Assembly: GCF_009914755.1 (NCBI RefSeq)
Contig: NC_060942.1
DNA from: the human T2T-CHM13v2.0 reference genome, Homo sapiens
Direction: 5' to 3' (one strand)
Length of the DNA: 64,000 nt
Part shown: positions 27,012 to 40,700 of the stretch, piece by piece
Numbering within the stretch: the stretch's first letter is position 1
Layout: the number at the start of each line of letters is the position of its first letter
Position numbers and translations under genes: made by a program
The notes under the pieces: generated by a model
Seen by the model: only the letters and a program-made list of their open reading frames with translations
Database searches by the model: none
Told to the model about the DNA's origin: nothing

Positions 27012-27227
27012 CCGGGAATTGGCAAATTAAGGACCATGGATCAAATTCAGCTGACCATGCATCATTTTTTAAAATAAAGTTTTATTGAATTACAGCTAGG
27101 GTCATTTGTTTACTTATTATGTATGGTTGCTTTTGTGCTGCAATACCAAAGCAGACAGCATGTAACCTACAAAGCCTAACATGTTTATTGTCTGACCCTT
27201 TACAAAAAGGACCTTCATTGACTCCTG
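27012..27227 (+). mobile_element. MER58A (hAT-Charlie)
   Basis: GGCAAA...AAATAAAGTTTTATTG...AAAGCCTAA.AT.TTTA.T.TCTG.CCCTTTACA...GACTCCTG. Confidence 0.85.
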
Positions 27228-27289
27228 GATGTAGATATTAGGAATTATAAACATGGTTTTAAGGAACATATTAGAGAAAATGGCATTTC

Positions 27290-27622
27290 CTGGAGTCACA
27301 AACTAAAGTGATTGTAGCCACATGCAGGTAAACTAAAAGTGATCAGACTTGGTATAAGAAATGGGAAATGATGGACACTGTGGGAACTTTGAAGGAGCAT
27401 GCTTAGTTTCAAAACTACATCTACAACCCAGCCCCAGGTCAATTTCCCTTACTAGATTGTAGACCATGTATTGCTAACCCTTCTACCTTTTAAAGAAAAG
27501 CCAGATATTTATATTCTAATGTGACACTTTCAAATAAAAAAAACCCAAATGTTTTAGGGCAATTTATGCCCAAAACATACTTTTGGCTTGATTTGGCCAT
27601 AGATCATCTTGTTATAATCCCA
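27290..27622. mobile_element. MER102-like hAT DNA transposon remnant
   Basis: GGAGTCACAAACT...GCAGGTAA at the start; AAGAAAAGCCAGA and GATTTGGCC near the end. Confidence 0.45.
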
Positions 27623-28089
27623 GCTTTTATTAAAAATAGTTCTTTTCATGAAAATTTAAAATTGCAACATATTGCAGAGCCAAGGAGAGATCAACAAATT
27701 ATACTTTCTTAGATTTCTCTGAAAATATTTATAATAGAATTCCTAACACCTATATTAACATGTTCATAAAAATGTCACTGTTCAAGTCTCTGAGTGTTTC
27801 GCTCAAAATTGAACCTGCACCAAAAGTTATTCAGAACCAGCAATAATCCAAACGAAAAAGGTCTCATACTGTATTTCCTAACAATGTGGCATGTTTCACA
27901 CTCATTAGTTCCTAGCCCTAGTGTACATGTAAAAGTCATCCAATTAGCCTTGGATGAACAATATCTATTGAGGCAATGAGTAAACTGTAACTAATACTAT
28001 AATTGCATCTTCTCATATGTTTGTTTTAAAATACCTCTCAGGTCAACATATTTCCCATTTAGAAGGGTATGAGATCTGTAGGGTATGGT

Positions 28090-28552
28090 GGATAAGTCAG
28101 AGTCCCTGTCCCCCTTAGCTAGGGAATTAGATAGAATTTAATAAAGTGGCTTGTTTTTAAATGAGGGGGAAAAATTTAGGGAACAAGAGAGAGTGCAGAG
28201 CCTGCGGATTAATGGTAGTTCCAATAGCTCATTACCACCTCTAGACCAATAGAAGAAAAGCAGGTTCCAAGTTATGAAACCTGGAGTGAGAAGCTAATGG
28301 CTACCTGACAAGACCTTTTACTAGACTGATGCAACCAACCAGCTGTGGCTTAGAAGCCAGGGAGCAGAGAGGAAAATATCCTGACCATCCTCTCACCTTC
28401 TACTGATTTCTCCCAGTGTTGAACCCACTGACGGCCTGAGGGAAAGGGCACTTGCTGAGACAGTCCACAAAGGTCGGCTTCCTCACACACACGGCAGGGT
28501 ATGGCGAAGACAGAGGTTGGCTCTGAAGGGGCGAAGAGAGAATACCTGGCCC
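28090..28552 (-). mobile_element. LTR33-like ERVL solo LTR
   Basis: Reverse strand reads ...TTCGCCCCTTCAGAGCCA...CCCTGC...GCCGACCTTTGTGGACTG...GGGTTC, as in the LTR33 5' part. Confidence 0.7.
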
Positions 28553-29587
28553 CGTGTTCATTCTTTCTTGTGGCTTGTAGGTCAGTGTTCTAACCTCTGA
28601 AATCTGTGTGGTTTTCTGAAGCTGAAAACACAGTAATGGAGAGCATGAATTGGAAGATTTTTCTTTAAAGCTATTGAAGTGAATGAGCTGTGAGTGAATA
28701 CTTGAGCAGAGAGTATCACATGTGTCTGTTAATGACTATTATTATATCGTGTTCTATTATGAGTCTGGCAAGCTGAGAAGTCAAGTGAGGGTGACAGGCA
28801 CAGTGGAAACTGTGAAATACCATACCTCTTCTAGCATCCTCTGAGAGGAAGTACTGAACAGAGAATTGCTATTCTATATAAACTTACGTGTGTGTGTGTG
28901 TGTGCATGTGTATGTGTGCCTAGAAGGAAGAATTCTCATGAAGAAAAGGATAAATTGTACACTTATATATTGGAGTATTCCCCAGCACTGAACTCAACTA
29001 CTTAATTTTGAAGTTCAATTGATTGCTTTAATCAGACCATGCTCTTGCAGATGTACTGTAACAGAGAGAAAGAAAGCACGTCACTGTTAATTCTAGCTGT
29101 AGGCTGGCCTAATAAGAAAAATAACTTGGATGACTTGATGGATTTTGCACAATTCTGGAAAACCTTAATTAGTATTTTGGGAAAAGCAAGCAGTTGGTTA
29201 ATGGCTGCATTTGGTTTTATTTGGACTTTATTCAAAAGTTCTGGTTTCACCTACAAATAACTACATCAAATGTTGCTTTTTGGGTTAAAATTTGCAAAAT
29301 TGAGTTTGATAGTTTAGTTGCAATTAAAATGTTGGGAAAGCTATATTTTGTCAGCTGTTTCCAGGTTATATTAATATTCTGTTTCTTCATGTTTACATAA
29401 TTTATGTCAGCATATTAATTGATCTAAATATTTTTAGTGCAAAATCTATATTATAATGTATATGTTTGAAAATATCTTTTCAGGAAAATAAATGCAATTA
29501 AATATTCAGGATTTAGCATGAATATAAATTTGTAATAACCTATTTTAAAAAGGGTTAACCTCAAATTAGATATTCTTATTTTAAGAT

Positions 29588-29820
29588 GGGTTGAGAACAT
29601 ATGCTTTAGGGTCATAATATCTGGGCTTGATCCCACATCTGCCATGTATTATCTCTGTGGAGTTGGGCCGGTTGTGTTACCTTTCTGTGTCACTTTTCAT
29701 ACCAGTAAAATGAGGATAATAATACTATCTTATGAGATAGTTGGAAGCACTAAGGGTTAATTGCAAAGTAGTTAAAACAATGGCAGGAACATAGCACTTA
29801 ATAAGTCTTAATTATTATGC
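29588..29820 (+). mobile_element. MIR
   Basis: CTGGGCTTGATCCCAC.TCTGCCA...GTAAAATGAGGATAATAATA...ACATAG..CTTAATAA. Confidence 0.75.
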
Positions 29821-29873
29821 TTTCACTAAAAAAGATACATACATATATATGTTCAGTATTTTTTATATATATA

Positions 29874-29878
<5 letters not shown>

Positions 29879-29904
<26 letters not shown>
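29879..29904. repeat. (GT)n microsatellite
   Basis: Seen directly. Confidence 0.95.
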
Positions 29905-30648
29905 ATCACTAACGGAACACCATGGGAAAACTAGGAACTCTAAATTTATTTAAAAATTATTACCATATTGAAATGGGTGAAGAGATCATAATGTGTCACT
30001 AGTATGCAGATTATTTTTCTCCTTTTGCCCTGTTGGTAGAACTACTAACCCTATGATGCAGAGAATTGTCAAAAGCATCAATACACTGGATACTTCTTGA
30101 TAAGCCTTTCTTTTCTGGGTGACTTAGTTTCTGAAATTTAAATGTGATGACTGTAAAAAAATCCTGAAAATGAAAAAAAATCAAACAATAATAAGTTTTG
30201 TATTATTGGATTTTTCCAGTACATGAGAGCTCATCATTCAGGTCTCTTCCTAAGTCTATGTCAATGATATCCCCTTGAAAGTTTGAAGTAGGCAACGAAG
30301 GGAGTATTAATACCACACAAATAGGTTAACGCTATAAATCTCGACTTTTTGGAAGGCTGGTTGTTAAAAACTTATCAACATGCTGCTATGTAATCCCTAC
30401 ATTTGAAGAGTCCAATTGAATTATTCTGTGCTTTGATGCACTTTTTCTAGTTTTGTAATAATAAATGTACCATAGTAATTAGTACTACTTAACAGTATAG
30501 AAGTATTTACCAGTCTATAATAAAGCTGTTTATATAACCACAAAAATTGTTTAAGAAATAATTTCAAGATTCTTCTAAGAATATACAGTTTTGTGACAAG
30601 GTTGACCTTTAGTAGTCGACTGTTTCTAAAGAAATGTTTTCTTATAAG

Positions 30649-30735
30649 ACCCTAAAACTTAGAGTATAATAAAAAAAAAACATAAAAAAAATAAAAATAA
30701 AAATAAAAAGGACAAACACATATATAACTCAGAAC

Positions 30736-30764
<29 letters not shown>
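30649..30764 (+). mobile_element. L1HS-type 3' stub with 3' transduction and second poly(A)
   Basis: ACCCTAAAACTTAGAGTATAAT (L1HS-diagnostic G) + patterned A tail + 26 non-L1 nt + A29; candidate TSD AAGA. Confidence 0.8.
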
Positions 30765-30766
<2 letters not shown>

Positions 30767-30827
30767 TTCTTCTTATGCAGCCCAGATTTTGGTAATACGT
30801 CTTCAATGTTAAAAATCTGGACCCTGT

Positions 30828-30930
30828 GATGAAATAATTTGTGTACCAAACCCCAGCACCACGCAATTTACCCATTTTACAAACCTGCACATGGACCCCC
30901 TGAACCTAAAATAAAAGCTGGAGGAAAAAC
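30828..30930 (+). mobile_element. Old L1PA (L1PA15/16-like) 3' end with perfect 16-bp TSD
   Basis: GATGAAATAAT...CAAACCTGCACATG.ACCCC.TGAACCTAAAATAAAAG; TSD AAAATCTGGACCCTGT at 30812-30827 and 30931-30946 at a TT/AAAA site. Confidence 0.92.
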
Positions 30931-32669
30931 AAAATCTGGACCCTGTCGCCAGGCAAAACTATATTTGAGAGATGCTTCTTCATTTACTAGCTAAGTGATT
31001 TTCAGCAACTTGTTTGTCCTTTATGATACTGTGATCTTTAAAATGGTTGTTTATAATAATAATATAGAGTTTTTAGAGGCTTTAAAGAAATGTCTGTGAA
31101 ATTGAACGCAGTGCCTCACTTCAAAAGCCTCACTTATGTGTGGATTGATTTGACAGCTGCTGTATGATCTGCTTTCCAGGATTGTACATAGAAAGCATGC
31201 TATCCTGCCTGCAAATGCCCCAAATTCCACTTGATCGTCTAGTTAGTGGAATTATTTTATTTCTATTATCTGGAAAATTTAGTCTAAAATGTGTATCTAT
31301 ATGTTATGGTTCAGTTATGGTTCAGATGAATAAATTTCAAGGGATGTTTTGCCTATTAGATGGGTAGAATCAACAACTCTATAACTTGAGTGTGGAGAAG
31401 ATAGACAGTGGGTAAAAATGTGTTTAGAATGGAGAAAATTGACTTGAAGAAAATATACTAAGAGCAAAATGTATCCTATTTGCCTTTAGCTCAGGACGTT
31501 TAACTTTTAACAAGAAACACGCTAAATTTTCTCTTAAAATAGTTTACTCTGAAGTGTTAGATGAAAGATATGATATAAAACACATATAAAAGACAAGAAT
31601 CAACATAGGGACAAAACTTTTGGGAATAGGGACAAATGGACCTGATGTTCTTTTGAGTATAATCTTAGGCAGGCCAATTCTTCACTAAGGACTTTTGTTT
31701 GCCTCCCTTGCAATCTCTAAAATTTCACAGGATCCTCCTCTGAGCTTGATTTGTGAGGTTACTGTAAATATGTTACATTTGCATAGCTCTGAACAGTATT
31801 CAAATGCTTTTTACTCTCATTAGCTGAGGGAAACTTCCCATGAGCCAAAGAGCCCATCAAAGTAATGAGGGAAGAACAGAGGTTTCATCCACTGAATCAC
31901 AGCGAATGGGAAACAGAAATGTAATTCCACAAAGGAGACCCAATAGTTCCTAGTAAGGAAGCCAAGGACTATTCTCTGATGACTGCTTTCTTGTGGGGTT
32001 CTAGTCCTTTGATCTACTTTTAAGTAATAGCAACATTCTAATTACCAATTCAATTTAAAATTCCTAAGCCTTGTAAAATAGGTAAGTATTAGCAAATGTT
32101 AAATTTTTATGAGCAATGGGAAAAGGGATTGTAGTTGTTGTTTCTTAATAGATATAAATTATGTCTTTTATAGTTAATAGCACTAACAATTTGCTGTAGC
32201 TTAGCATGTTAAAAATAAAACACTCTACCTGTGTATACCTCTTTGACCTACCATCTTCATAGAAACAAGATAAACATTATCATTGTAAATTTTCCCCTAT
32301 CAAAATGCATTTTTATTTACATAAGTAATACAGGAACACATGCAAATTGTATTAAAAGTTAAAATATAATGGAGAAGGCTGATTCTTGAAAATGCTTGAA
32401 TTTCACAAAAAGATGAAAAGCTTTAATCTATGACCCATGAGCTTGCCCTTAAATCTGGTTAAAAATTTTGGAAAGTTATAAGCAATCAAATGATGTATGA
32501 GGATTTACTGACGAGTCACTGGAAGTAGATGAGAATTCGTGAAAAATAGCTATTTAAAACCAGTATCCTGCCATTTTTAAAATGATATCACTAAGCTGGA
32601 AGATCGAAAAGATTTGGTAGGAATAAAAAAATAAATTTGTGCTATCCTTAAGGAAAATATTAAGGACTG

Positions 32670-33128
32670 TAGGTTAACGGGGTAGATTTCTAGTGATGTA
32701 GGAGTATACCTAAAATGGAAGAGAGATGAATGGGTATCAGTTAACAGGATTGTTTGCCTTAGGGTTTGTACCTTGGCCCTTCCCTGTTCAACATATTTGT
32801 TAAAGGCTGATGTAATCTGACTTGAGGCGCAGCCCACTAGTAAACATAAGATTCAACTGTGATATGGAAGTCTAGCTCCCAACAGTAGTTTAATGCCAAT
32901 CCTTATTATAGCATCACTATTCCAGAATAAGACTCTAATATCTGACTCTGATGCCTGATTTTATGATGTTTTACCCAAAAGTTATATTTATCATGCTTTG
33001 CCTAGCATGTTGGATGGAAATGAAAACCATACTACTTGAGGGACATTTAAAGTAACTGAAGATGTTTAGACTGGAGAATATAAGATTAAATGGGCAGAGA
33101 ATGGCAGATTTAATGGGCAAAAACTATG

Positions 33129-33169
<41 letters not shown>

Positions 33170-33400
33170 AAACTTCCATATCTGAGGGTATTAAACTATA
33201 AAATAGGTCTTGGTGGAATAAATTAAAATGTGGTGTAAAATAAATATAATTTATTTTTTATTTAATCTAAGAAAAAATCTTTATACTGTTTATAGATTTT
33301 CATAATTAGAATAATTCCCTGTGAAGGAATAGCTTTTTCAACACAGAAAATGTTCCAATTCAGCTTGGAGGATGACTTTTCAGGGTGATTGGTCATGGGA
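32670..33400 (+). mobile_element. L3/CR1 LINE remnant
   Basis: CCTTGGCCC.TCCCTGTTCAACAT.TTT and ACTGAAGATGTTTAGACTGGAGAA are CR1/L3 motifs. Confidence 0.6.
33131..33167. repeat. (AC)n microsatellite
   Basis: Pure AC run seen directly. Confidence 0.97.
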
Positions 33401-33890
33401 CTCATGTGAGTTAATAAAATAATATCCAAGAACATTTAAAAACTGAAGTCCTCCCCTACTCCATAAGTCTATGGAGAATTTTTATTAGTGTAATTTTTTT
33501 GGAAGATATTGATATTTAATTATCTTTATTTTAATGTGTACTTATTAAACTTAATTTAGAAAATTGGGTGAAAAAAGAAAATTTAATGCTCTGTCACATT
33601 GGTACAATGTTGTTTCTTTCTTTTCTAATATGTAATGATCTCTCTTTATTTGTCTTTTATGTCTTATCTATGTTTCCTCCAAGTCTTTTTAGCCATCACT
33701 TAAAAGTTATGTTATAGAGCATTGTCAACTTTTCAACTTTTTACTAGGAAGCAGTGATTTTTTGATTCAACATTCTAATGGCTGGCTTTCCTTCATTGAA
33801 TTTTCTGCTTTCCCTTTAGAAAATGTAGTCTGAATTAATAACTCACACCTAGGAAATCCTCATTACTTGCTACCACAACCTGTCTTTAAA

Positions 33891-34225
<335 letters not shown>

Positions 34226-36313
34226 TGAAGAAGTCTATGAAGATCTAGAAGGGTATTTCCAATTTCTGTCTAATGACATCCCATCTTTGAAAGAATTTGT
34301 CTCATCTTTCTCAGTCATCACAGATTATCCAAAAAATTATTTGTAATTATTGAATCCCTTTTATTATTCACTTAAAAAATACAACATAAATGCTAATTTC
34401 CTGGGCATTCTTAAGCTGACAGAGTGCTGTATTTCTTTCTCATGTCTCTTATTCCTCACCATAACAGCCTGGAAAAGCATACCCTCCTTAGGACAATTGG
34501 GTTCTCGACTTCTACTACACTGTAGTAGAATAGCAATGCTGCTACTTTCCTTGGAGGAGTAGAGATATCTGATTCCTGTTTTATAGGGACACTGGAGTAA
34601 AATCCACTGTTTATGATGAATGTGGAAAGGGTTGATACAGCTCAGCAATGAATAAGCCTCAGAGAATCCATCCTTATGAGAGATATTGTAGAGGCAAATC
34701 TAGTCAAGTAACGTTAATATTAGCATCAACAAACATTAATATAGTTCATCACAGTTTATAAAGTTTATAAAGAGCTCTAAATGTCATTCGGAGAGCCAGT
34801 TTGAAATTGTGTATAACTATGAATAATTTTCAGGCAGGGAAGCTGATGTTCAGGAAATGTCAGTGCTCTGACAAAAGTAGAGCTTCAGGTCCTCTGTAGG
34901 AGAAAACCCAGGTAAATCAATGCTTTGTAAAACATTTCGGTATGTCCATACTTGGACACATCTGAGATGTCACTCATAGCAGCAGTCATTTCCATTTTCT
35001 TTTTTTCTCTCTTCTTTTTCTGTCAACTTTTCTTCTCACTCCTCCTTTCCTTTCTTTTACTTTCCCTCACTTCCAGCCTCCAACTTCTTTTACAGCTTTA
35101 CTCTCCTACTGATGTTAGCAATAACTTGCGTATAGTTTTGACGCACGTCAAGAGCAGTTATTTTTTTTTTCTGTTCTAATCTCTGAGAATCTGGCCAAGG
35201 GGAGACAGTGGCATTATAAAGGGAGGAAGTACTGGATTCATATGAGCGAGTAAGGTGGTCTTAGAGCAAAGAAGTGAAGGCAGGTTAGCATGAATAAAGA
35301 TAACCATGGAGACCTGAACAGTGATATATTTAAGAATACTGACAAAGAAATATTAGGGAACATTTAGCAGTAATCGCATAATGACAGGCATATGGACATT
35401 TTTATTAAAGCCCAGGTAGCCAGTCTAAAATACACTGTGTCCAAGTTAATAGCATTGCAGAAAACACACTCTCATGTTGCCTACATGGGCACGTTCAACT
35501 CAGACAAATAATGCTATCAATGGTAATTGGAAGTGCTATTATCCATATCTGAATGTGCCTCAGGTACCATTAGCAGCAGCACTCTTTTCGTTTTGTTTTG
35601 ATTTTTGCTTTCTCAACTGTAGAATTCACATTATTTTTATTAAAATTTGTCTTGCATTAAAAATTGTATTTAATAATCACGTCTTTCTCTCAGTCAATTA
35701 ATGAAGCCCCTGTCCCCCCAGCTAAACAGACTTGCCTCTTTTCACCACTTAATTTCTAAAGTGAAGAAAAATTATATAAATAGCTAACTGCACAAAATTA
35801 CATACGCATAATATTCAAAGTATTTTACCAGAAATTATATAGTTATACCATTATCAGCCATATTAGGTAGTTGTTAAAATCCTTAAATCATTATTCTAAT
35901 TCAGGCTAGTTTAATTCTTTTATAACTTCTTAACCTAATAGTTCTTTTATTAATTATTTGCAAAATTGACTGTTTAAACATTTCTCATTGCAGTTTAATA
36001 TGAAAACTCTGAACAAGGACAATAGTCTCAATGTTAAACAGTAGCCTCTACAATACTTCCACTGGACTTTTTATGACATGCAAATATGCCAAATGTCCCA
36101 CCCAACCAGTGTTACTGCAGCTATGATTGCAACGTATGACCATGAAGGAAACAATTAGTATACCACAAATAAATTCAGAAATGTCTCTCCTTATATTCAG
36201 CTTATATTCAGCTATGTGGCTGAGAATTCTTGGAATGAAGAAAATTACCTTCTTAGAAAGTTTCCCAGTTTTTTCTTTTTCCATTTGAGCTATAGTTTTA
36301 AGAGGGAGAAATG

Positions 36314-36526
36314 CATATGAGCCATATTTTGTCTTTACAACTAATTCACAAAGAGGTGAACTAAAAATTACCAAAATGTGGATTCATATGAGCCATATTT
36401 TGTCTTTATAATTAATTCACAAAGAAGTAAACTAAAAATTACCCAAATGTGGATTCATATGAGCCATATTTTGTCTTTACAATTAATTCACAAAGAAGTG
36501 AACTAAAAATTACCCAAATGTGGATT
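36314..36526. repeat. 71-bp minisatellite, exactly 3 copies
   Basis: Unit CATATGAGCCATATTTTGTCTTTACAATTAATTCACAAAGAAGTGAACTAAAAATTACCCAAATGTGGATT starts at 36314, 36385 and 36456. Confidence 0.97.
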
Positions 36527-38286
36527 TTTAGCCAGTTATAACTCATTAGAAAATATTAGTAGTTGGTTGAACAAGGAAACACAGATATATGGGGGATTAA
36601 TAATTTTGCTATGTGGGTTAAGAATAGCCTAAAATAAATTTCTATTGCTTCATTAGAACAGTGTCACCTGTTCATGAGATCCTGAAATGTGCCTGAATGT
36701 AATGCAATGGCATACAATAAATGTTTATTATTTGCCTATCATATGTAAGTTATTCTGCTGGGACTTTTCCAAGGTACATTTAGGGTAGAAATAATCACTG
36801 GGCAGAGTCAATTATACCTTCTCCATGATCCCACAGCAAACTGGAAATGCCTGGTTTGTAGCCTTTACCATACTTCATGGAAATTATCTACTTCTATATT
36901 CCAGTTGCTGTCACTAGGTTTTGAATAACTTGAAGGCAGATTCTATGTGTCTTTTTTTTATCTTTGTATAGCTACACAAACTCAGAGGTGCATCATATAT
37001 CATATTGTTTTATTTGATTTTGATTGAAGTAACCACAAAACCCTATCCTATCATTTTGAGGGGCTATTCAGCCTATGCCCCTCCTCCACTTACTCAACAG
37101 TCCCATGTGGCTTGGTAAGGCTGTGTGTGGAGAGAGCCTATTTGTCTTAGATCAGTCCTCATCATCATTCGTCATCATCTAAGCTTGCCTGGTCTCTTAA
37201 AGATAGTTGACTCGATTGTTTTTGTGCTGAGTTTGAGTACTGAGGTATTTGTTGAAGTTGGGAGCCCTGGGCTCTAGAATCTAGCCTACCTAGATATTTT
37301 ATGCAGCCATTCACTTCTCAGATTCTACCGTCTTCTCAGAGCAGAAGAGGGACTCTTTCTGGTTTAGATAAATGTTAAGTCTTTCCCCTAGTTTAACCTT
37401 TTAAGAACTTCCTTTTCTTCCTCAACCCTCCTGGAATGTCTAGCACAATGCACTTTGTTTTAGGTTATAAAACAAAAGACAAGAATGGAGATGGTCTCCA
37501 GGAAACTTAGGCTTTCAGCCAATTATTATCCCCCCATTCCACCCCAGTAAAGTAGGACCACTAACTTCTGGCTACCTTGCTAGAATAAGAGAGATAAAAG
37601 TATAGGAGATATATGCACACATTGACATCTCAGTACATTTTCTAACCATAATTATATATCTAGTGCAGGGAAGGTTCTGCCACATAATATATACTCAATA
37701 AAGTGTGTGGAATGACTGAATAAATGAATGGGACTCTTCAACATAAAGAACAGGGTCTATTCCATTTTCATTTCTATTTTAGTATTCTATCTAGTATTCA
37801 GGATTAGCATTGTACATGACAGGAAGCACTCTTCTTTAAGCTGGAAATATGTTCACTACTAATTTATGAAAACTTAGCTGTTCTTGGACCTATTGCTATA
37901 GGTCTCTGTGCTATCTTGAGTAATAACCAGAGGCTATGCTGTAACAAGGCCCCCAACTTAGTATGTGCCTTTGCTTTCTAGTTGAGGATTAGTGGATACC
38001 ACATTCTAACTCAAAGGAAAGAGGTTTCTGATTGAAATTTTGGGCATCATCCTGGTGGGAGAAATATTTTAGAACGGAGCACAGTGTTAGTTGCATTCCC
38101 TCACTTCACTGGGGCCTAGGCCTACTAACAGTAACTCTGTTGAAATGCATTCTTAGGAGAAACAGTGAAATGAAATACATATACCTGCACACTAGGAGGC
38201 AGGTGACCTGGAATTTTATCTATCACCTTCTTGAGCAGTGTTGTCCACATCCACAAATGGGGCCACATTACCTATATATTAGACTA

Positions 38287-38634
<348 letters not shown>

Positions 38635-40384
38635 TTAGAATCTTGATAAAATTATTTCATAGACTAGATATATTGCAGTCTTGTTGCATTGTAAATTAGA
38701 GTTCCTCATCTTTTCTGATTAAAATCAACTTTTTTTCACTAAAATATTATGTGGGAAGTTGGAAGTTGCTAAAAGTACAGATCTTTAGAGTACTGGAGAT
38801 GAGGGTCCAATTCTTTTCTGTTGTAAGAGTGATAACTGATTTGGATCAGACAGAAATGACTTTGCTGTATATCTGCAGGACTTAGTTATTTGGCTTATTC
38901 AAATTTTGAATACAAAATAAAATTTGAGTGAAAAAAAGGAAAGGGAGATTAATAGAACTAAAAAAATTTTCAAGGAAATATAAGACAAAAATAAATATAA
39001 TATTAGGGTTCATCAAAATTATATACACTGGACACCAATCTAAAATTATGTTTAAATAATTTCTTCAGTTGGCTAAAGTATTTCAATGATACTTTCTTGG
39101 GAAGGACTCCTAAGGTTTTGTAACATACTCTTTGTAGCATATGTTTTTAATTATATTGAAAATTAAAAATCATTTTATAGATGTGGGAGTGTGTATGTGT
39201 GTGTGTGTGCATTGTATGTATGCAAGTTTAACTAATTTTAATTTTCTGTTAATGCATTTTTCAAAAAGGGGCATTTTGATGTTCTTGGTTGAACTGGTCC
39301 AGCAATATAAGAATGTGATATTTTAGCAAATATGCAAGCTGACTAGCAGATGGTGTGATTTTGTGAAATATGTATATTGTACTCAGGAGGTCAGCCACAG
39401 ATTTTCCTGTTGTTTGGGTACAGAAGACAATGTCATCATCTAGAAATAATACAGAACATACTTTCATCTTTTTGAATCAGTTTATTTTTTCCTGCCATGA
39501 AGATTTAGAATCTCCTCAAATAAAAAAATACAAAACTTGTCTAGAAGAACGTGAGAAAGAGAATTGATTCTAATTTTCTCTATATAAAGTCTTATTTGGG
39601 AGGAAAAAGAAGAAAATATATTAAAAGCCCTTTTACCTGAAAGAAAGATAATTTTCTGGAAAATAGGTAGACCAAGTGTATGTATTTCTCATTTGATTTC
39701 TTTGTTGTCAGCTCTTTGCATGGAATACAGAAGCTTATTGAGTTAACCTTTTTCTTGTGATATATGAGGTTGCTTGTGTTTTGACAAACATATTTTGCAT
39801 GCATAGCATGAATTTTGAATAAAAGTCTAATTTTAGGTGCATTGTCTTTCATGTAAAAATTCTTTTAGGATTTAGGCATCTTTGGTCCTATGCATTGTAT
39901 CTGTGGATTCACTACCTATCGTCATAGTTCCTGAAATAAGAAAATCTCAAGTTTCCACACTTAATAATTTTGCATTTATATGGAAAAAATGAATAAGAAA
40001 AATGCCCACGTGGTAACCCCTTGGAGATGAAGAGCTAGTATACTCTGAGCTACTGTGAGAGCTTTAGGGTACAGAGTGCATGAGGACATAGGGATTCTTT
40101 TCTGAGCAGAGTTTGGAGCCCTGTAGCTGACTGCTGGGGAAATTAGTTTCTAATAAAAAGAAAAACCTGCAGTTCAAGTCAGACTAACACTTGAGGTGGA
40201 AATGGTGACTCTCCCAGAAAACTCCCTTTGGCTCTAAATCTGAGTTTTCTCAGCAACCCACATAAAATCTTTAAAAGCGTAATGGCATACCTAGTTGTTC
40301 ACATAAAGACTCTTAATGAGTTGAGAATTCTCTGCTTTAGTATGCTTTACATTCAGGTTAAATAGAGTTAGTCTCCATGAAAGT

Positions 40385-40700
40385 TAGCGCTGGTTCTGTG
40401 ACAAGTGACTGAAGACTCCTAAACAGGGTAAAGTCAAAAGGGAATACAATGACTTATAGAAATAAGAATGTTGTGGGTGAGGCAGACTTCAGTTGGAGTG
40501 TAATGAAGGAACTCAACTGGCAAAACCCCAAGCATGCCATGGTTAGCTCTTATTTTTACTCAGTCTGCAACTAGACTCCTGAAGCCAAACATGGGTGGAA
40601 GACAACCCAAGACCTTGCTGGCTGGTCTCCCTAAATTATGTTGATTCCCAGCTTCAAGTGAGACTTAACGGTGTTTGGTGATCTAACACCACTTGATTTC
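40385..40700 (-). mobile_element. Old MaLR LTR remnant (MLT1J/K/L-like)
   Basis: CAAGTGACTGAAGACTC...AAAAGGGAAT...GACTTCAG resembles old MLT1 LTR ends. Confidence 0.4.

Noticed and set aside
36314-36526. CRISPR-like array (also considered for 2376-2476)
   Set aside because: Units are directly tandem without unique spacers, there are no cas genes, and the DNA is primate nuclear sequence.
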